Positions 59,033-64,000 of a stretch of DNA of 64,000 bases are shown piece by piece. A program made the position numbers and the translations under genes. Within the stretch, counting starts at the first letter, position 1. Every line of letters begins with the position of its first letter. The notes under the pieces were generated by a model, which was given only the letters and a program-made list of their open reading frames with translations, ran no database searches and was not told the DNA's origin. The stretch covers positions 2,539 through 66,538 of the forward strand of contig JAGGXI010000014.1 in the NCBI GenBank assembly GCA_021163155.1, written 5' to 3'. The stretch is from Candidatus Aerophobota bacterium (lineage in GTDB: Bacteria > Aerophobota > Aerophobia > Aerophobales > JAGGXI01).

Positions 59033-59110
59033 ATTAGAGGGGAAAATAAAGGATTAGAAGAATAAAGGATTAAAGAAAAAAAATAAGAAACAAAAGCAAA
59101 AATTAAGTAA
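59033..59110. repeat. aggattag microsatellite module; inverted homologue of 38761-38864
   Basis: gaggattagaggggaaaataaaggattagaagaataaaggatta...aaacaaaagcaaaaattaag. Confidence 0.5.
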
Positions 59111-59336
59111 ATACTCAGTGAACACCCTGCTCAGAAGGAAATTTACAGTCGAGTTTGATCGGTAAGGCATGGTAGCCGCAACCTTTACCCCGCTAAATAG
59201 TAGTAACATCTAATGGGGTTTAGGTTGCGCAGAAGAGACGCAGGCTCTGAGCCTCGCGACTACCAATTTTACCCTTTATCTTCCCTCTGCGTGGGAAAAA
59301 TATTACCTTTGGGACGTAGTTCACTGAATATTTACA
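59106..59336 (-). mobile_element. MITE-like dispersed element, copy B (family 1); both terminal inverted repeats present
   Basis: Terminal inverted repeats gtaaatactcagtgaac (59106-59122) and gttcactgaatatttac (59320-59336). The interior is the reverse complement of copy A (19813-20025). No ORF. Confidence 0.6.
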
Positions 59337-59366
59337 AAATTAAAAAGCAGGATTAAGGGGGGGAAG

Positions 59367-60602
59367 TTGTTAAAAGAGGTTAAAACAGAGATGAAGAGGC
59401 TGGTTGATTATACTTTAGTTGTAGGAGAAGAAGAGATTTGCGACGTTCGGAAGCTTGCTAAAAATTTAAAAAATATTCGAGTTCTACATATCAGTTCCAC
59501 AGCTTACGGTGGGGGAGTGGCAGAGATATTACACAGCCTTGTTCCTCTTATGAGAGACGTAGGACTAAATGTCGAATGGAGAGTAATAGAAGGAAATGAG
59601 GATTTTTTTAACACCACCAAGAAATTTCACAATGCCCTTCAGGGAGGAGATATTTTATTCACCGAAGAGATGAAAAGGATATATCTTAATCAAAATAGGC
59701 TGAATGCAAGTTTTTTTGAAGGAAAATACGACTTTGTAATTATTCACGATCCCCAACCTGCAGCTATGCTTGCTTATCTTAAAGCTCCGAAATATACAAA
59801 ATTTATCTGGCGCTGCCATATCGATACTTCTGTCCCTAATAGTGAGGTGTGGAATTTTTTAAGGGGTTTCCTAAAAAAATACAATGCGGCTATATTCACT
59901 TTAAAGAAATTTGTTAAGAATGAGGTCACCTTTAAACGTTTATTTATTATTCCTCCCTCTATTGATCCACTAAACGATAAGAATCGTCCCCTTACCATAA
60001 AGGAGATAGATAAGTTTGTTCGTCGTTTTGGCGTAGACCCAGAAAGACCTTTAATTACTCAAGTGTCCCGATTTGACCCCTGGAAGGACCCCCTGGGAGT
60101 TATTGATATGTATAGGCTAATAAAGAGAGATATTCCTGAACTTCAGCTCTCTTTTATTGGCTCAATGTCTGTTGATGACCCAGAGGGGTGGATTATGTAC
60201 GAGAAGATCCTACGCAGAGCAGGTGAAGATAATGATATTTATGTTTTATCAGATTTAAGAGGAGTGGGAAATCTTGAGGTGAATGCCTTTCAACGATCAT
60301 CAAATGTGATAATTCAAAAATCGCTTCGGGAAGGATTTGGGCTAACTGTGTCCGAAGGATTATGGAAAGGGAGGCCTGTGGTTGGAGGGAATGCAGGTGG
60401 TATTGCTATACAAATAATAAATGGCAAGACAGGCTTTCTTATAGAAAGCGTGAAGGAAGCAGCAGAGAAGACCAAGTTTCTTCTTCTTAATAAAGAAACT
60501 GCAGATAAGATGGGAGATGAGGGGGAAAAATATGTAAGGTCTAATTTTTTAATTACAAGACAGCTTAAGGATTATCTATCCCTTTTTAATTCTCTCTTAT
60601 AA
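59367..60602 (+). CDS. treT: GT4 glycosyltransferase; likely trehalose glycosyltransferring synthase
   Basis: LVDYTLVVGEEEI...VLHISSTAYGGGVAEILHSLVPL...FFNTTKKFHNALQGG closely follows the conserved TreT N-terminal block. GT-B C-terminal half. Follows the malEFG-like genes as in the Thermococcales mal/tre loci. Confidence 0.7.
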   Translation: MLKEVKTEMKRLVDYTLVVGEEEICDVRKLAKNLKNIRVLHISSTAYGGGVAEILHSLVPLMRDVGLNVEWRVIEGNEDFFNTTKKFHNALQGGDILFTEEMKRIYLNQNRLNASFFEGKYDFVIIHDPQPAAMLAYLKAPKYTKFIWRCHIDTSVPNSEVWNFLRGFLKKYNAAIFTLKKFVKNEVTFKRLFIIPPSIDPLNDKNRPLTIKEIDKFVRRFGVDPERPLITQVSRFDPWKDPLGVIDMYRLIKRDIPELQLSFIGSMSVDDPEGWIMYEKILRRAGEDNDIYVLSDLRGVGNLEVNAFQRSSNVIIQKSLREGFGLTVSEGLWKGRPVVGGNAGGIAIQIINGKTGFLIESVKEAAEKTKFLLLNKETADKMGDEGEKYVRSNFLITRQLKDYLSLFNSLL

Positions 60603-60613
60603 AAATAGGAATT

Positions 60614-61612
60614 TTGAAGATGTTAGATGAATACAGGAAAATACTTGTAACCGGCGGCGCAGGCTTCATAGGAAGTCATCTGGTTGATGCTCTCCTATCT
60701 TTAGGCAAGGAAGTGGTAGTTTTAGATAATCTCTCTACCGGTGAGAACCTTTCCTTAAGAGTAAAGCTAATGAAAGGCGATATACGGGATATTGGACAAG
60801 TTGTTGAGGCAACAAAGGATATTGATTTAGTCTTCCATGTAGCTGCTAATGCTAATGGCACAGTTTCGGTCAACAATCCCCAGTTTGATTTCGAGACAAA
60901 TGCCTTGGGAACATTCAATCTCTTGGACGCTGCATTACAAGCCAAAGTGAAAAGATTTGTCTATGTTTCTTCAGCTTCAGTATATGGCATACCTCAGCAT
61001 TTCCCTATAGGAGAGGAACATCCAACAAAACCATTCATACCTTATGGTGCATCTAAGCTGGCAGGGGAAATTTTTTGCAGAGCGTTTTTCCATACATATA
61101 AATTGCCAGTAGTTATAGGGAGACCATTTTGTGTTTATGGTCCCAGAGAGAATCCGAAGCTGGCTTTGGTTGAAATTTCCCGATATCTCCGTTGGCATCT
61201 TAATCATAAGCCAATTCAGATAGTTGGCGACCTTGAACGAAAGACCAGAGACTTCGTTTATGTTAGCGATGTTATTCAGGGGTTGCTTTTAATCGCTGAC
61301 TGTGCAAGTGTAGGAGAGGTTTTTAATTTAGGATCCGGGGAGGAGATAAGTATACGTGGATTGATAGATATAATTAGCTCTATCACAGGACGGCAACCCA
61401 TCATCAATGTGATATCTGATATTACAGAGGATACCTATCGTCTTGTGGGTGATATCTCAAAAATAAAATCTCTTGGGTATACTCCAAGTATATCCTTATC
61501 TGATGGTGTAAAGCATTTAGTTGAGGAGTTAGGAGAGCATCCGCAGCTACCCAAAGGATCAACCATTTTTAAGAGAGACCAGCAAATGAGATTTTCAATA
61601 AATTTTGATTAA
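60614..61612 (+). CDS. NAD-dependent sugar epimerase (UDP-glucose 4-epimerase-like, extended SDR)
   Basis: 332-aa ORF. GGAGFIGSHL Rossmann motif and YxxxK (YGASK). Confidence 0.8.
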   Translation: MKMLDEYRKILVTGGAGFIGSHLVDALLSLGKEVVVLDNLSTGENLSLRVKLMKGDIRDIGQVVEATKDIDLVFHVAANANGTVSVNNPQFDFETNALGTFNLLDAALQAKVKRFVYVSSASVYGIPQHFPIGEEHPTKPFIPYGASKLAGEIFCRAFFHTYKLPVVIGRPFCVYGPRENPKLALVEISRYLRWHLNHKPIQIVGDLERKTRDFVYVSDVIQGLLLIADCASVGEVFNLGSGEEISIRGLIDIISSITGRQPIINVISDITEDTYRLVGDISKIKSLGYTPSISLSDGVKHLVEELGEHPQLPKGSTIFKRDQQMRFSINFD

Positions 61613-61739
61613 GTTAAAGCCGGAGTCGGCAATTTGAATAATGACCATTAAGTTTATTCTGGAATATTGTTCTGAGTCTAATCTTTATGAAGACTAAATT
61701 TTTTAAAATTTTTTAGGAACAAAAAATATTTTTCTTTTT

Positions 61740-61860
61740 TGGGTAGGAGCGACTTCAGTCGCCTTTTGCAAAAAAGAGCTAAAGTCTATTGGGAGGCTAA
61801 AGCCTCCCCTACCCAGGCCAGGCACTCTAACAGCCAGTTTGCCGAATCTGGGTTAAAATA
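61740..61860 (+). repeat. Family-3 intergenic module between convergent genes
   Basis: gggtaggagcgacttcagtcgccttttgc ... ttgggaggctaaagcctccc ... agtttgccgaatctgggttaa. Homologous to 31720-31840. Confidence 0.5.
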
Positions 61861-62953
61861 TTGTTTTCTCTGTCTCTTTATCAAATACATGAGCTAAATC
61901 CATACGAGCAACAAATTCGTCAGTCTGCCCTATTTTTAAGATAATATGAGGATCTAGCCTACAAATAATACTATTTTTCTCATTTTTTATATGAACTATA
62001 TTTTCCAAACCTAAAGGTTCCACGACCCACACAGAAGCCGTAAATATAGTTTCAGGGTCATAGTCCCTTACCGCCTTTTTAGCATTTAAATGCTCAGGCC
62101 TTATTCCTAATATTACTTCTTTATTCACATAATCTTTAGATATCCTTGCTTTATTAGAAGGGACCCTTAAAGAAAATCCTTTATTAACAAGATACATTTT
62201 GCTATCTTTCTCAATAAGTTTACAAGGAAGAAAATTCATAGAGGGTGAGCCTATAAACCCAGCAACATATTTATTAACAGGATGCTCATAAATATTTTGA
62301 GGAGCATCTACCTGTTGAATCAATCCATCTTTCATCACTACAATCCTATCTCCCATAGTCATTGCTTCCATCTGGTCATGAGTAACATAAATAGTAGTTG
62401 TTTTAAGGCGTTGGTGTAAATCCAATAATTCTGCCCTCATAGCAGTACGTAACTTTGCATCCAGATTGGATAAGGGCTCATCAAACAAGAATACTTTGGG
62501 ATCTCGGACAATAGCTCTTCCAAGAGCTACCCTCTGACGTTGTCCCCCGGATAACTCCTTCGGCTTTCTATTTAGCAAACTTCCAATACCAAGAAGGTTT
62601 GCCGTCCTATTAACTATTGTATTAATCTCTTTTTTAGGAAACTTTCTCAATTTTAATCCAAAAGACATATTTCCGTAAACATTCATATGGGGATAAAGAG
62701 CATAATTTTGAAAAACCATGGCAATATCTCTATTCTTTGGGGGAATATCGTTTACTAATTTATCACCAATATATATATCTCCTGCAGCGATTTCTTCTAA
62801 TCCTGCAATCAATCTTAAAGCAGTTGTTTTACCACATCCAGAAGGTCCAACTAACACAATAAACTCTCCATCTTTAATATCTAAATTAAAATTTTTAACA
62901 GCCATCACTTTACCGAAATTTTTATTTACATTCTTTAAATGAACCTCAGCCAT
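61853..62953 (-). CDS. Sugar ABC transporter ATP-binding protein (MalK/UgpC family, with C-terminal TOBE domain)
   Basis: 366-aa ORF. Walker A GPSGCGKTT, LSGGQRQRVA, Walker B LFDEPLSNLD and H-loop. Confidence 0.9.
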   Translation of the reverse strand: MAEVHLKNVNKNFGKVMAVKNFNLDIKDGEFIVLVGPSGCGKTTALRLIAGLEEIAAGDIYIGDKLVNDIPPKNRDIAMVFQNYALYPHMNVYGNMSFGLKLRKFPKKEINTIVNRTANLLGIGSLLNRKPKELSGGQRQRVALGRAIVRDPKVFLFDEPLSNLDAKLRTAMRAELLDLHQRLKTTTIYVTHDQMEAMTMGDRIVVMKDGLIQQVDAPQNIYEHPVNKYVAGFIGSPSMNFLPCKLIEKDSKMYLVNKGFSLRVPSNKARISKDYVNKEVILGIRPEHLNAKKAVRDYDPETIFTASVWVVEPLGLENIVHIKNEKNSIICRLDPHIILKIGQTDEFVARMDLAHVFDKETEKTIF

Positions 62954-62959
62954 ATCTTA

Positions 62960-63040
62960 TCTCCTTAGAAAAAATAAATTAATCCCGAATTTGGCAAACT
63001 ATTAAAGCTCCCTCTGTGTAGGGGAGGCCAATAAACCTCT
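62960..63040 (-). repeat. Family-3 leader motif, partial copy in the malK-like 5' leader
   Basis: Reverse complement reads gcctcccctacacagagggagctttaatagtttgccaaattcgggattaa, matching the ...agtttgccaaatctaggttaa block upstream of frr. Confidence 0.4.
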
Positions 63041-63236
63041 TCCATCACCCTTCTACTCATCTTATTGCGAGTAAATGGGTAAATTAGATAAATTTTGTAC
63101 TATTTCTTGTAGTTCCTTTACTTTTTTCTCATCTACTCATTCATCCATTAATTCATTAACCCCTCTACCCAAATCTATAAGGCTACGTTCGGAATCAATC
63201 TTAGCTAATATTACTTATATTACCAAATAATAGAGG

Positions 63237-64000
63237 TTAACCGAAAAGCTGGCGAATAAATACAATTATAATAGCTACAAAAAGAACAAAACTTACGGGC
63301 ATCCAGAGAAGTTTATATACTTCTTTAAAACTTGCCCCAAAATAACTTTTTGTTAAAAAAAGGCATAAATGGAAAGGGGAAAGAAGAACCCCAGCAAATC
63401 CTCCTGCATAAATTAACATAACATAGTTTAAATTTGGGTTAGTTTCTCCTATAAACGGTAGAAATAGAGGAATTACAGGTCCTACAAATCCTGCAGGAAT
63501 TCCTGTTAAAAGACCAAGTAAAAAAGGGAGAAAAATAAGGATAAAGAACGGTGAAAGATTTAGATAATTAGATATCTGTGGGATTATGACTAATATGCCA
63601 GATGTTTCAAGAATTTTTTTAAAAATCATTACAGCAATAATTAATAAGATTGTTCCCCAATTAAGACTCCTTTTAATAGCTTGAGACACTTTTCCCCATT
63701 CCATTTTTGCCGTTATAAGGAAAAGAGAAATGATGATGACTAATGATAGAGTTAACTCTACTTTAAAAATAATTACCAGGAGTATTACTGCTAAAATAGG
63801 CCATGTATTAACAAAAAGAGACCTTAATCCCCCAGTAAAATCTCTTTTTTCATTATTTAAATATAGTTTATCAGGAAGGATTTTTCTTATACCTAAGATA
63901 AAACCAGCAAAGATAGCAGCTAAAGTTAAAGGATATTGAGTAAAAATAATTCTTCTTATAGGGACACCAACGATACCTGCGGTTAAGATTAACCCAGTAT
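63237..64000 (-). CDS. Polytopic membrane transporter-like protein; 5' end beyond the window edge
   Basis: ORF 63237-63704 is hydrophobic and multi-TM. The same frame stays open with hydrophobic sequence upstream through 64000, so the listed Met is internal. Confidence 0.5.
   Translation of the reverse strand, partial: TGLILTAGIVGVPIRRIIFTQYPLTLAAIFAGFILGIRKILPDKLYLNNEKRDFTGGLRSLFVNTWPILAVILLVIIFKVELTLSLVIIISLFLITAKMEWGKVSQAIKRSLNWGTILLIIAVMIFKKILETSGILVIIPQISNYLNLSPFFILIFLPFLLGLLTGIPAGFVGPVIPLFLPFIGETNPNLNYVMLIYAGGFAGVLLSPFHLCLFLTKSYFGASFKEVYKLLWMPVSFVLFVAIIIVFIRQLFG

Noticed and set aside
1-64000. tRNA or rRNA genes.
   Set aside because: I scanned for T-arm signatures (gttcgaatc / gttcaaatc and variants) and rRNA-like conserved blocks. 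None was found. Isolated ttcga strings lie inside coding regions.

Overview
This is an AT-rich (about one-third GC) bacterial chromosomal window, densely coded and mostly housekeeping. It contains, in order: folC-glyA-purH, an M19 dipeptidase, guaA-purSQL, cspA, an M23 peptidase, era, glnA, spoVG, ispE, mnmE, yidC/yidD, hom, rpsB-tsf-pyrH-frr, nadK, dxs, xseAB, ubiB, recD2, trxA, an ABC-F ATPase, and a ROK-regulated sugar ABC transporter with a TreT-like trehalose synthase, a GalE-like epimerase and a MalK-like ATPase. Three accessory patches stand out. (1) An island of about 6.8 kb (5.7-12.5 kb) sits between purH/dipeptidase and guaA. It carries two amino-DNA-methyltransferase genes (one rearranged, one lacking its catalytic half), three orphan proteins with PD-(D/E)xK-like signatures, and a GC-rich segment of about 250 bp that looks like structured RNA and carries three C(UUCG)G motifs. 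It also carries an intact hicB next to a decayed hicA, a tyrosine-recombinase remnant and an AbrB/RelE toxin-antitoxin pair. (2) A scrambled locus of about 4.5 kb (42.4-46.9 kb) has 92-bp direct repeats that duplicate the 3' end of a PLD-like gene. They bracket a Ddl-like gene fragment, an ATP-grasp gene and a bifunctional nucleotidyltransferase/CDP-alcohol phosphatidyltransferase (IPCT/DIPPS-like), next to a frameshifted, truncated GATase1-like gene. (3) At least four families of dispersed intergenic repeats are present. One is a MITE-like element of about 230 bp with terminal inverted repeats, whose two full copies lie in inverted orientation about 39 kb apart. One is a promoter-proximal double-hairpin element of about 95 bp whose stem shows compensatory changes between copies. 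One is a module pairing a terminator-like and a leader-like element. One is a ctaatcct microsatellite module. There are at least four type II toxin-antitoxin loci, no CRISPR array, and no tRNA or rRNA genes that I could find. All calls rest on reading the sequence and ORF translations by eye; no database search was possible.
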